Assembly (NCBI GenBank): GCA_963841565.1
Contig: CAWJCY010000012.1
Span: 96,001-160,000 of the forward strand
From: an uncultured Nitrososphaerales archaeon
Lineage (GTDB): Archaea; Thermoproteota; Nitrososphaeria; Nitrososphaerales; Nitrososphaeraceae
Direction: 5' to 3'
Length of the DNA stretch: 64,000 nucleotides
In this document: positions 47,283 through 57,989 of the stretch, in pieces
How positions within the stretch are numbered: the stretch's first letter is position 1
Layout: each line of letters starts with the position of its first letter
Notes under the pieces: generated by a model
What the model saw: the letters and a program-made list of their open reading frames with translations, nothing else
Told to the model about the DNA's origin: nothing
Databases searched by the model: none
Position numbers and translations under genes: made by a program

Positions 47283-47990
47283 TCACCTTGCATATTCTGT
47301 TTTATCTGGAATATTTGCTTCGTTAAAACTTGATTTACGGTTGATACATGATTCGCATGCGCCACAGTGCACTGGTTTATTTAGACTATTCCGTGATTCG
47401 TCTGAATAACAGCTCCAAGTATCGAAGATCTTATCCCCCAAAAGTTCGTACCCAATCTTGACCAGCTCATTCTTGTGGATATTCTCTTTCGCTGGACACC
47501 AGATTTCAATCCGCTTTCGTAAGCCAAGGTTTATGGCATCAAGATCAGATTCGTTCAACATGTTTTCAAGAGAACTTACGAATTTTGGTCGGCAATCAGG
47601 ATAATTCTGGTCATCAGCATGAGCTCCATACACTAAAACACCAATCTTTAGGCTAGCAGCCCAGGCTGCGCCAATCGTCAAAAAAACCGAGTTTCTGTGT
47701 GGAACTACTATGGACTGGTGAAATGTTTTTGGAATAATGATATTCTTTCCAGTCAGTGTGTTATCGTTGCCGTAAAGATCTTTCATGAAGCTTATATCAA
47801 TCTCCTTATGAACTTCAGATCCTAATAACATAGAAAATAACCGCGCTCTCCTCATCTCCTCTGTCGACCTTTGACCATAATGAAAAGTAATCGTATATGG
47901 TGCAAAATTCCAAACTTGCCTAACATAGAATGCCGAAACAACGGAATCCAAACCACCACTAAGTATGCAAAGTGCCCTCGTTGAGACCAT
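47283..47990 (-). CDS. queC: 7-cyano-7-deazaguanine synthase
   Basis: SGGLDS, YGQR, VPHRN, YPDCR, SCY...CGACESC. Confidence 0.95.
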   Translation of the reverse strand: MVSTRALCILSGGLDSVVSAFYVRQVWNFAPYTITFHYGQRSTEEMRRARLFSMLLGSEVHKEIDISFMKDLYGNDNTLTGKNIIIPKTFHQSIVVPHRNSVFLTIGAAWAASLKIGVLVYGAHADDQNYPDCRPKFVSSLENMLNESDLDAINLGLRKRIEIWCPAKENIHKNELVKIGYELLGDKIFDTWSCYSDESRNSLNKPVHCGACESCINRKSSFNEANIPDKTEYAR

Positions 47991-48436
47991 ATTCTAAATA
48001 TCAGGCCAGACATTATGGACTTTTCCTCCTCAATGCCTCTCAAATTTACATTCACTGAATTTCAACCTAATTGAGAAGTGTTGCAAGCGAAAAAGACTGC
48101 TTCGAACGGACAATTATCGTCATTCCTCCTTTTGAGCACTTTGAGGTGCTATAAAATAGATTATCCATAAATGGCACTTGATTATGAACTATTTCCCGCC
48201 TCGACGAAACAGTCGTGGGATGTATGGTCGCCTTAGTACGAAAGTGTGCGAATGGAATGAGTAATACGTGAACCCTTGAAGCGACTTTTCCTGCACATAT
48301 GGTTAGCACCATGATGCAAACCAAACAATTTCAATGTATATTTCTCCATTAGTATTTATCCCCACTGACTAATAGACTGGAAGATTGGTTCAGAATATGG
48401 GATTAATTTTTATCATCGGTACAATATGGTTAATTC

Positions 48437-49234
48437 ATGATAATTGAAGAAGGATCGTATGTACTTCTTTACCACTCTCCTCAAAAAACTTGGTTGGTAG
48501 AGGCAAATACTGGAAAGAAGTTCCACACCCATTTAGGCGTGCTCGATATAGGAGAAGCAGTGGGACTTGATTTCGGTTCACATCTTTTGTCTTCTAAGGG
48601 AAAGAAAGTCATCCTACTAGAGCCATTGATATATGATTTCGTGATGAAATCAGAAAGGTTAACTCAAATTGTATATCCCAAGGATCTAGCATATATCGGG
48701 ATGCGGAGTGGGCTCACAAGTGGTTCACGAGTTCTAGAAGTTGGCACCGGCAGTGGCGGCCTAACGACCTACTTGGCAAGTATCGTTAGACCATCTGGGC
48801 ACGTTTATACTTTTGACGTGAATCCAAAATTTAGTGCCATCGCCAAGAAAAACATCAAAAAGGCAAACCTGTCTGATTTTGTAACGTTTCATGATCATAC
48901 CCAATTCCAAGAGGCAAACTGTGGTGAGGTAGATATAGTTGTCGTTGATATTGGAGATCCCTGGACGATGATCGAGAAGACGTATGAATCACTGAGACCG
49001 AGCGGAACACTCGTAGCAATCTGCCCTACGATGAATCAATTAGAAAAAATGTCCTCGGCTCTAACAGAGTTCGGTTTTGTATTCGTCGATTCTACCGAAT
49101 TAATGGTAAGGAATATCGAGGCCAGGACAGGAAAAACACGGCCTGCGATGAGGATGATAGGTCATACAACCTACCTTATTTTTGGAAGAAAAGCGCTCCA
49201 GAATACAAGCAGTGGCATTGAAATAGATACGTAG
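48437..49234 (+). CDS. trmI: tRNA (adenine-N1)-methyltransferase TrmI
   Basis: TQIVYPKD, VLEVGTGSG, DIGDPW, GHTTYL. Confidence 0.93.
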   Translation: MIIEEGSYVLLYHSPQKTWLVEANTGKKFHTHLGVLDIGEAVGLDFGSHLLSSKGKKVILLEPLIYDFVMKSERLTQIVYPKDLAYIGMRSGLTSGSRVLEVGTGSGGLTTYLASIVRPSGHVYTFDVNPKFSAIAKKNIKKANLSDFVTFHDHTQFQEANCGEVDIVVVDIGDPWTMIEKTYESLRPSGTLVAICPTMNQLEKMSSALTEFGFVFVDSTELMVRNIEARTGKTRPAMRMIGHTTYLIFGRKALQNTSSGIEIDT

Positions 49235-49256
49235 GAGTGAAGTTCCAATATTTCCA

Positions 49257-49553
49257 TCATACGCCAAGAATTTGTTTGAGTAAAGAACGGTAATCGACCG
49301 TTTCTTTGGTGCTTCCGGGTGACGGAAGCTCAAATACTAGAGGAATTGGCTTTTTAGATCGCAATTCGGTTAATTGATATCGAATCTGCTTGCCGAAATC
49401 ATCACTAACAAGAATCAGTCCTACATCATCGCTATTACTTATCCTACCGATCTCGTTCAATACATCTTCCGCAGTGTTTGCTTTAATACCCTCTACACCT
49501 GCCAACTGAAAGCTGGTAACAAAGACCCTACTACCTACTGCAACAACTCTCAA
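49257..49553 (-). CDS. atpF: A/V-type ATP synthase subunit F (stand-alone)
   Basis: VVAVG...VTSFQLAGV, LLKQILGV. Confidence 0.88.
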   Translation of the reverse strand: MRVVAVGSRVFVTSFQLAGVEGIKANTAEDVLNEIGRISNSDDVGLILVSDDFGKQIRYQLTELRSKKPIPLVFELPSPGSTKETVDYRSLLKQILGV

Positions 49554-49727
49554 CTTTGATCAAAAAGACTCTGCTAAGGTCCCCTTTTATTCCTTCTGTG
49601 GCTGAGTTTGCTAAGGGATCACCAAAGGCGAATAAAGAACCAGGATTGAGAAAATAGATTTTCCAAAACTAATGCTCCCGCACAAGTATGCGTTTACAAT
49701 ATAGCTCCTGCAGGTTTTACTAACGTC

Positions 49728-50150
49728 TTATCTGATCCACAATATGAATGCAACCAACCCAAGTAGGCCAGCAAATAAGAACAAAGTAGCCTTCCACAGA
49801 CTTCCACTATCTCTGTCGCTGATATCCCACATACCGCCCGCAAAGTGGGACCGATCGTATTCCTTCTTCAGATGCTCATAGCTATAGACTTGCTGCCAAT
49901 CAGCAGGAGGCGTCCACTCACGATTAATGCTGAATTCCTTATACTTGTAAGTGCGATCATATTCTTTTCTGGATTGGTCATCCGATAGAATCTCGTATGC
50001 TTCCACTACTTCCATAAACTTCTTTTTGGAATCTTCTGAGTTTCTGTTCTTATCTGGATGATGCTTTAACGCGAGCTGTCTAAATGACCATTTAATATCT
50101 TCGGGAGATGCCGATTGATGCAGGTTCAGTACGTCATAATAATCGGACAC
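49728..50150 (-). CDS. J-domain protein with C-terminal TM
   Basis: DYYDVL, HPD, EAYEILSD; hydrophobic tail. Confidence 0.9.
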   Translation of the reverse strand: MSDYYDVLNLHQSASPEDIKWSFRQLALKHHPDKNRNSEDSKKKFMEVVEAYEILSDDQSRKEYDRTYKYKEFSINREWTPPADWQQVYSYEHLKKEYDRSHFAGGMWDISDRDSGSLWKATLFLFAGLLGLVAFILWIR

Positions 50151-50331
50151 GATTAAATAATCAGGCAGACCCCATAAATAATCATTCTCGTGTATCCCAG
50201 CTCTTCACGGTCCTACCAAGAACCTCCTCCTCAACCCTGCTCTTTGCACTCTTATTTCGTATTTTGTAATTCTGACCCCCATAATTCGAGGAAATCAAAT
50301 AAATATGCAAAAACTCGCATAAAACGAATCA

Positions 50332-51934
50332 ATGAATGACAGCTTATCAACAGCGGACCTTAGATGTACTATTCAATTACAAGAAGCGGGTTTCAATTTT
50401 TCTAAGCTGCACAGAAATTTACCTCCCCCATCATTAATTGAAGTCTGCTATTCATAGGCGCGAAGGAGAACTCTCGACAACTGGGGCTCTTTCCGTCAGA
50501 ACTGGCAAGTTTACTGGCCGATCGCCGGATGACCGATATATTGTGGATGATGACTTGACACATGATTCAGTTGATTGGGGAAAAATAAATCACCCATTAT
50601 CCCCTGAGAAATTTGATCGAATTTTCAATAGAATGAAAAAATCTTTAGAAGGAAAGGAAGCCTTTATCTTCGATGGATACATTGGAGCAGAGAAGGAGAG
50701 CAGGCTTTCGATAAGGACAATAACAGACAATGCATGGCACAATCTCTTTGCGATGCAAATTTTCATACGCCCAATCCCATCAGAAATTCTAAGTCATAAT
50801 CCATCATTCACTATATTGTCTATAATTGATTTCCAAGCTTGCCCAGAAGTAGACGGGACAAAAAGTGAGACTTTCATCATTCTCAATCTCACGAAGCGCC
50901 TTGTATTGATTGGCTCAACGTCCTATGCAGGAGAAATAAAAAAATCAATGTTTTCCGTAATGAATTATCTGCTTCCTCTGAAAGGTATTTTTCCTATGCA
51001 TTGCTCCGCGAACGTAGGTAGTGATGGAAGGACAGCTCTTTTCTTTGGCTTATCAGGCACTGGAAAAACGACACTTTCTGCTGATCCTGATAGACGTCTC
51101 ATTGGAGACGATGAACACGGATGGTCAAAGAAAGGCATCTTCAACTTTGAAGGTGGTTGTTACGCAAAATGTATAAATTTACAAAGATCAAAGGAACCAC
51201 AAATTTGGAATGCAATAAGGTTTGGTTCGGTTATGGAGAACGTTATACTTAACCGATGCCGTGAACCTGATTTTGACGACGAGTCGCTAACAGAAAACAC
51301 TCGGGTTGCTTACCCGATTGAATTCATTCCAAATGCCGTTTTACCAAGTATAGGAAACCATCCTGATGTCATTATTTTCCTCACAGCAGATGCGTTCGGA
51401 GTACTCCCTCCGATTGGAAGATTGTCAAAGGTACACGCTATGTATCACTTTATGTCTGGTTATACTAGTAAGTTGGCCGGCACAGAGAGGGGCATCACTG
51501 AACCACAAGAAACTTTTTCTCATTGCTTTGGTGCACCGTTCATGATGTTGAAGCCAAGAGAGTACGCGGACATGCTTGGCGAAAGAATTACCGAGCACAA
51601 TTCGAAGGTTTATTTGATAAACACGGGGTGGGTAGGGGGACCATACGGGGTTGGGCGTAGGATGAACCTGCAACACACTAGATCCATGGTGAAAGCGGCA
51701 GTCAATGGTGATTTGGAAAAAGTTTCTTATAAACGAAACGAAATATTCAATGTGGAGATTCCAATGTCATGTCCGGGAGTCCCAGATTATATCCTTGATC
51801 CTATTAATACATGGTCCGACAAGCAAAAGTATTTGGAATCTGCTAAAAGACTCGCTTCCCTGTTTGCCAAAAACTTCCAGAAATTTGGCAATATGCCGAT
51901 AGATATCATGAATGCAGGTCCAAGAGCACAGTAA
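50332..51934 (+). CDS. pckA: PEP carboxykinase (ATP), one-base insertion near 50443
   Basis: HRNL...LIE/SAIHRREG, TGRSP, GLSGTGKTT, IGDDEHGW, ENTR. Confidence 0.95.
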
Positions 51935-51942
51935 ATGAAGAG

Positions 51943-52072
51943 TAGCCCGGAGCAGATTCGAACTGCTGTCCTCAGGTTTCTTTTCTTGTAGATCCAGAGC
52001 CTGAAATCCCTAGCCCTCAAGTAAGTTTGGCCACTAGATTCGGCACACGTTTATGACGTGCTCGACCGGGCT
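51943..52072 (-). tRNA. tRNA-Gln(CTG) with three introns (10/11, 21/22, 37/38)
   Basis: Removing 52039-52062, 52010-52026 and 51978-51993 gives a 73-nt cloverleaf AGCCCGGTCGTCTAGTGGCCAAGGATTTCAGGCTCTGGACCTGAGGACAGCAGTTCGAATCTGCTCCGGGCTA. Confidence 0.92.
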
Positions 52073-52222
52073 TCCGAGCTGTAAGGATTAATAAACAAGG
52101 ACCAATATTTGACTGTAACGCTCGCGAGTAATTGAATCCATGGCCTTAATCGTAAGTCGTCATTTACAGTGTAAAGCAAATTTTCAAGAATTGCAATACT
52201 AAATAGTTTCGAAAATGCTGTT

Positions 52223-52834
52223 CTATATCTTTTTTTCAAGTAAGTAATTCCTCTTCTGATATAACCAATAGGTAATTAGGACAAGCAACGCGGCGAGAAA
52301 AACGCTGCTCAGTAGTGTGCTCGGATTCTCATACGGCATGCACTTATATTCACCAGCATAGCACCCGGCAAGAAAGAATAAGCAATTCCAAACCGAGTGA
52401 GATACTACTGCAAACCAACCTTTACCAGAAACCCACACTCGAAAACTAAAAAAAAATGAAGGGATTACAAATAACCAATTGATATATGCAAGGCTCAAAA
52501 TGGATAAGTCTTCGGTATTAATGAGATGGAGAAAAATCCAAACCAATCCTCCGATTAGTGCAGCATTTCCATTTGCTAAACCGTACAAAGGTATACCAAA
52601 AAATAATGACTCTTCAATTGGGCCAGCCAATACTACAGAATCAAAATATCGTGGAATATTGGGCTCGACGTAACCTGGAATAGTCGTTTGTATCAAAAAT
52701 GTACCAACAAGGGCAACAATAAGACCTAAGGAATGATAAAACCCAAACATTAATAACAAATATGGGATCGATGTTCGCTGAAATTTTGATAGCCATCGTG
52801 ATGGATTCAAGTCGTTTACAAATTGGCCTAGCAT
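52223..52834 (-). CDS. CPBP (Abi/CAAX) family intramembrane protease
   Basis: GPIEESLFFG, FLH, HSVWN. Confidence 0.8.
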   Translation of the reverse strand: MLGQFVNDLNPSRWLSKFQRTSIPYLLLMFGFYHSLGLIVALVGTFLIQTTIPGYVEPNIPRYFDSVVLAGPIEESLFFGIPLYGLANGNAALIGGLVWIFLHLINTEDLSILSLAYINWLFVIPSFFFSFRVWVSGKGWFAVVSHSVWNCLFFLAGCYAGEYKCMPYENPSTLLSSVFLAALLVLITYWLYQKRNYLLEKKI

Positions 52835-53221
52835 TATGATCTTGCTTCCGATTTAATATCAGCCGTTATAAAGCTGCATTCCTTCTGATTGATTGAGTTC
52901 TTCTTGGGACGGCCTCAAATTACGCTGGTTTATCTTCATGACAGAGTACAAGGCATCGCAGTAGCTAATGTGATGAGCGCTTGTTGTTCCTACAGTAGAA
53001 TATATTATAAGAGTACAATTTTTCCACTCTCCACATTTAGCCTAATCTATCCAAAAGAATGACTCACAGACCGCACCACACGATCGACCATGCTTCCAAA
53101 AGCATAGAATATTGGCCAAATCGTTGAAATCATTGTGAAGATAATATTGGAACAAGATTTTTATGCTTTCTTGTTCTTGGAAGGCATAATTGCAACGTTT
53201 TGTAGATACAGTTTTATTTCA

Positions 53222-54643
53222 TCACTTCGCATGAAACTTAGGTCGTTGAGAATGGATGGCACTGATAGCACTATTGACACTGTTCCCTGAATCTTCTACA
53301 ACTATTAGTATTCTTGACGTCTCTTCTTGTGCATCTAAATTGAGAATGTTAATACCATGCTCACCCACAGTGCTACTTGCCAAAGATGCAATTCGAGGAC
53401 TCTTCCACATATTGTCTCCGATCATCGTAACCACACCTCTTTGATATATTATCTCTACCTTTGAGCTGTAAGCTTTAAAATACCGCTCGTTCCTTCTTAT
53501 GAATTCCGCATCCAAAAAAAGTATCCTTGAGATTTCAAGGTCATCGGATCTATAAGGAGATAGTTTCACAAATTCGTGATACTCTCTTACCTTCTCTAGC
53601 ATTGCCAATAAATGTGAAGCGGAGATTGAATCCATTCTTACAATAGCGCAGTTTTTTTTACCAGTAACGATCTTGATTAGATTCTCGTCCCCATCAATTG
53701 GCAATGTCCTCTGTATGATCGTAAAGCGTGAAGGATATGACATATCGGTTACCGTAATAGGGATATCTAGACCGTTGTCATCGATCTCTTTTATTGCCAC
53801 TGGGTCGAGAATCTTCATTCCAAACATACCTGCTAACCTAGCTTCGTTGTAGGATAAATGAGTAACGTAATGTAGGCTATTCTTGACTACTTTAGGATCG
53901 GCACTTTGCACGGCACCGTCCTTCTCAAAGTCTAATCTGACGTCATATTTGTCGCTAAGAAGGATAGCAATATCTGCAGCAGTCCTATCAGAGCCGCCTC
54001 GTTCATATGTAGTTTCAAGCCCATCAGGTGTCTTCCCTATGAAGCCTCCCATGGTAACAACTTCGTTATTTTCAATCAGATCTAACAAATAAGAAATTCT
54101 TCTTTTAGAATCTTCCAAGCTGAAATTTGCTCCTTCAAAGTTGTCATCCGTGATAATTGGCCATTGTGTAATGCTAACATGTCCAGATCTAAAGCCCTTA
54201 CTCTTTAGGACATAATCCATTAGGTATGACATAGGAATTTCGCCACTGTATGCCAATGTCCTTGATCTGACGACATCCACAAAGCGCTTATTTTCCGCAG
54301 CTTGTTTAAGAGATACAGTCACCTCATGAAAAAAGGAGTTTAATAATTCTACGAATTCCTGTCTGTAAGCTGAGCTAAGATAATTCGATGATAAGTCGTC
54401 GTATACGCTTCTAAGCACTCCTAAATCGACTGGTCGTGAAGAGGCAAAACTCTTGCCTTTGCTTAACGCCACATCAGTCATCGAAACATTCTTTTCATCG
54501 TACTTAATGATGGGTGCAGAAAAAACAGCAACTATTTTTGCATCTTCCTTAAGTTGCTTTATCCGCTCTATAACTGAGGGAAGCAAAGATCCATGCACGC
54601 CAAGTGCGCTTCCTCCGAATTTCGCTACTACAACTCCAACCAA
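53222..54643 (-). CDS. lysC: Aspartate kinase
   Basis: KFGGS, SGE, RGGSD, ADP, LSYNEA; C-terminal ACT domain. Confidence 0.92.
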   Translation of the reverse strand: MVGVVVAKFGGSALGVHGSLLPSVIERIKQLKEDAKIVAVFSAPIIKYDEKNVSMTDVALSKGKSFASSRPVDLGVLRSVYDDLSSNYLSSAYRQEFVELLNSFFHEVTVSLKQAAENKRFVDVVRSRTLAYSGEIPMSYLMDYVLKSKGFRSGHVSITQWPIITDDNFEGANFSLEDSKRRISYLLDLIENNEVVTMGGFIGKTPDGLETTYERGGSDRTAADIAILLSDKYDVRLDFEKDGAVQSADPKVVKNSLHYVTHLSYNEARLAGMFGMKILDPVAIKEIDDNGLDIPITVTDMSYPSRFTIIQRTLPIDGDENLIKIVTGKKNCAIVRMDSISASHLLAMLEKVREYHEFVKLSPYRSDDLEISRILFLDAEFIRRNERYFKAYSSKVEIIYQRGVVTMIGDNMWKSPRIASLASSTVGEHGINILNLDAQEETSRILIVVEDSGNSVNSAISAIHSQRPKFHAK

Positions 54644-54785
54644 ATCAGCTATTCGTAAAAATTGCTACATGTCAAACCATATATTTGCTGTCTTTACTTG
54701 GTTGGGTCTGATATCATTCCGTCGATCCATTTTCAAGAGATTAAAAGAGCTCTTGGACAGTTCTAACCAAATAAACATGCAGCAA

Positions 54786-55086
54786 TTAGATGCAATACAT
54801 TATACCACCTGAAACGATAGGTATTTTGGTCAAATCAGATAGACTCTTTGACTCTAGCCACTATTGCATTAAACCAAAGGCTATCAATTCCTTGACTCCA
54901 AATGGTTACCTTCTTGAATCGTCTCTCCGATCCCCCTGCAAAAAATCCAGTGCAATCTTCCGCGGTCATGTTATTGTATTTCTGCCCAATCTCTGCCACA
55001 ATGGTCTCAGCCTCCATTGGCAAGTACAGTATGGTCAATGTCGGGAAAGGAACAGTATTCTGAGTCGAAGAAGTTCCATCTTCCAT
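54786..55086 (-). CDS. Small hypothetical protein, possible one-base insertion near 54843
   Basis: Track ORF ends at 54835; removing one base extends it RVKE/LSDLTKIPIVSGGIMYCI*. Confidence 0.5.
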
Positions 55087-55732
55087 ATGACAGATCTTTC
55101 AAAGTCACAGTTATATCTGGATTTCGAGGAGTTGTGCGAAGTCCAACTTTCATGATTTGATTACATAGTATGTATTAGAGTTGGTCGTTAGTTTTCAAAT
55201 AGTAAGATTGCAGTCTGCGCTAGTTACAATTTTCAGAAGCTTCTTGTTCATTATGACGATCTTGCCTGATCCAAATAGTATTTATACCAATCCTGTTCGA
55301 AAAAAAGCTTTGCTTTTTCCATACATAATGAGAGAGATAAATAGTACCACTTGTGCTTATCAAGATCACCAAAGTGTAATTTTTATTTAAAGATAAACAA
55401 TAAACTAAACGTTTCGAGATTATTACAAAATAGCGACTCCCGCAAATTATATGTTCTTTATATATGACTATCTCGGTTCTTCCCAGATTATTCTTTTGAG
55501 AATCCGATAATGAAATCTAATTTATAGATTCAAATGAAAGGTATTCTTTCCAGAGCCTATTATGGGTTGAATGAACTTCGGTCATGCCAAATTTCATTTT
55601 GCAAATGTAACCATTAAGTTAACTACCACCCTTAAATCTTGCATATTTACGCATTCAGCGTTGAGGGTTAATCTGGCCAAGCTAAAGTATAGGATCAATT
55701 ATAATCCAATAAATTATGATGTACAAATAGGC

Positions 55733-55870
55733 ATGTACAACACCGAATCGGACAACCATATTCGATACAAAGATGCGAGAGCGAATCAGTGGAGATGCGA
55801 CAAATGTGACGGTACTTTTTCGACCTTCCGAAAGCTCAAATCGCACAAGTCTCAGTTTCATGCATATTAA
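55733..55870 (+). CDS. 45-aa C2H2 zinc-finger microprotein
   Basis: WRCDKCDGTFSTFRKLKSHKSQFH; TTATAA about 30 nt before ATG 55733. Confidence 0.75.
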   Translation: MYNTESDNHIRYKDARANQWRCDKCDGTFSTFRKLKSHKSQFHAY

Positions 55871-55917
55871 ATTTTTGCAAATAGGGGCTATAAGATCGCT
55901 ATATATAACAACCTGAG

Positions 55918-56688
55918 TTGTATACTTCCGGTAACATGAGTTATGCTGAGTACATATCCCAACTGGTAAATTGTACTCCGGCTGAGTTGAAGGATCCTGA
56001 AAAATCTTCATTCCTACGGCTCGTGGAGCCTTCTAATAAGAATGAAGGGATACATTCGTATTTATGGTTCAAAAGGCATCAACCATTTAGCTCTGAGGAT
56101 GAAAAGCTAATTTCTACCCTTGTCGATCATAATCTAATAGAAGTGATTCATGGGAGTAGGTTTAGAAGAGGTGGCAGAAACTATGCATTAACCACTTGCG
56201 GATTATTTAACATTCTGAGCGAGGATCAGCTTTTTTCTGGCATTTTACTCTCGAAATACTACGAAAATATTATTCTGCAGCTATTATTGTTTCAATACTT
56301 GGAAGAGAATACCGTCAAAAATTGGAGCCCACAAGCTGAAATCATAATCTCCGATTACTTGCATAGATGCTGTGTTACCTCAAAACGTACTATCGAGACC
56401 ATTAGATCCTCAAAGATTTCGGAAGATAGAGAGAGGTATTTGAGAATACTTGAATTAGACCTGAAAGCATTCGCATTTTGCTTAGGAATCAGGTTAACTC
56501 GATTGTATTCCCGCTACATGGGCATTTCCAAGGGTAGAGATCTCAAACATGCGGACCAATTGAACCATGAAGAATATAAAATGTTGAGTCTGCTGTCAGA
56601 GGATGATAAGTTTTCCCGATTTCGAAGTAGCGTTCTAAAGGAATTAGATGAGGCATGTGAAGAACTCGCTAGAATAAAATTAGATTAG
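55918..56688 (+). CDS. Hypothetical protein, possible N-terminal winged helix
   Basis: LVDHNLIEV...RNYALTTCG resembles the recognition helix and wing. Confidence 0.7.
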   Translation: MYTSGNMSYAEYISQLVNCTPAELKDPEKSSFLRLVEPSNKNEGIHSYLWFKRHQPFSSEDEKLISTLVDHNLIEVIHGSRFRRGGRNYALTTCGLFNILSEDQLFSGILLSKYYENIILQLLLFQYLEENTVKNWSPQAEIIISDYLHRCCVTSKRTIETIRSSKISEDRERYLRILELDLKAFAFCLGIRLTRLYSRYMGISKGRDLKHADQLNHEEYKMLSLLSEDDKFSRFRSSVLKELDEACEELARIKLD

Positions 56689-56836
56689 TCTATTGGTTCC
56701 GTGGCCAAGAATTACCTTATGACGAACCAATTTTTATGAAGACGGCAAATAGTATTGTTACAAGCACAACCGGTAGTGGATTGTCCGCAACAATGATAAT
56801 ATCATAAGGGTTGACATTTGAGTAGATCACATCATT

Positions 56837-57436
56837 ATGGATAGTTGCTTGAATGAATTTACGAAAGTAGGCTTGTCTAAGTTAATGAAGCCGTTTGAAA
56901 ATTCTCCTGATGACCTATACAAGTTAACTAGGGCCTTCAGCGTAGCTTTCAATATACACGCCGGTCTTTCAAGAAACAACAATAAAAATGACCCATACAT
57001 TAATCATTGCCTAAGAGTGTCGCTTATCTTAAGTGAAGAAATTTGTTGCAGAGATATCATTGCATTGAGTGCGGCTCTTCTGCATGATGTCTTCGAAAAG
57101 ACAAGAAATCCTTCATACGACTCGACAAGGTTATTAGCAGACTTTGGGGAGAACATCAGTGATATCATTTTTACACTATCTCGGGATAACCCGGAAGATA
57201 GAAAAGCTGAATATTTACAGCACTATTTTGAGAAAATTGCGTCTAGTTCCAAGATTACTAGGTATGTAATGCTAGCAGACAGGCTAGACAACGCCAGGTT
57301 TTTGAGAACTATTAGTCAGCGTGAAAGGGCATTTAGATACAAAGAAGAAACCGAAAAATATGTCATTCCAATCGCTCAAGCTACGGATGAAAGGTTTGCC
57401 GTAAAACTGTCAATAGCGTTATACGAGATAAAGTGA
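56837..57436 (+). CDS. HD-domain hydrolase, Mesh1/small alarmone hydrolase-like
   Basis: HAGLSR, PYINH, ALLHD, LADRLDN. Confidence 0.85.
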   Translation: MDSCLNEFTKVGLSKLMKPFENSPDDLYKLTRAFSVAFNIHAGLSRNNNKNDPYINHCLRVSLILSEEICCRDIIALSAALLHDVFEKTRNPSYDSTRLLADFGENISDIIFTLSRDNPEDRKAEYLQHYFEKIASSSKITRYVMLADRLDNARFLRTISQRERAFRYKEETEKYVIPIAQATDERFAVKLSIALYEIK

Positions 57437-57452
57437 TTATTCTCACTTCCTA

Positions 57453-57572
57453 TCAGCCCTTTTGAGCACAAACACCGTCTCTCCCCTTAGTGTGCTTCAT
57501 CCAATGTAATATGCACCCTATCCATCTATGCTCGCTACATCCACATATTCTGCATCCACGATAGTCATTCAA
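57453..57572 (-). CDS. 39-aa putative C2H2 zinc-finger microprotein
   Basis: MNDYRGCRICGCSEHRWIGCILHWMKH... (C-x2-C-x12-H-x3-H); TATATA about 26 nt upstream of TTG. Confidence 0.6.
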   Translation of the reverse strand: MNDYRGCRICGCSEHRWIGCILHWMKHTKGRDGVCAQKG

Positions 57573-57989
57573 ATTAAGGAGATTACATACTCATGCCTAT
57601 ATATCTTCAATCAAATTAACAGATTGAAAGGTATGCATATTTAAGTCAAGCAATATTAATTATCTCAAATCTCCTTTAGAGGCGTTACAATTTTCGAACA
57701 CAAATATGAATTTTTGATTTTACTCTATTTTACGAAAGATAGATATAAACTGCTAAAGACTCGCGATGAAAAGCACCGAGGTGAGAACTGGGACACTATT
57801 CGAAACCTTCTTTGATACCTTTCATATCTTGATATCCGTTCGAATCCATACATATCGAAAGAATATCGAACTCGAGTTTTTCCTTGATAGGTCAGAACTC
57901 ATAGCAAAGTACACGAGTTAAACACGATCATGCAATAATCAACAAAAAATGACATCGCGTCTTTTGTAGAAAGTATCACGATTTAACAC

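Noticed and set aside
48067-48324. 85-aa ORF between queC and trmI
   Set aside because: Not QueD- or QueE-like and no recognisable motif
49257-49553. ATP synthase subunit F away from its operon; rps7 not followed by EF-2; spc block starting at rpl18
   Set aside because: Consistent with my recollection of normal gene order in this phylum
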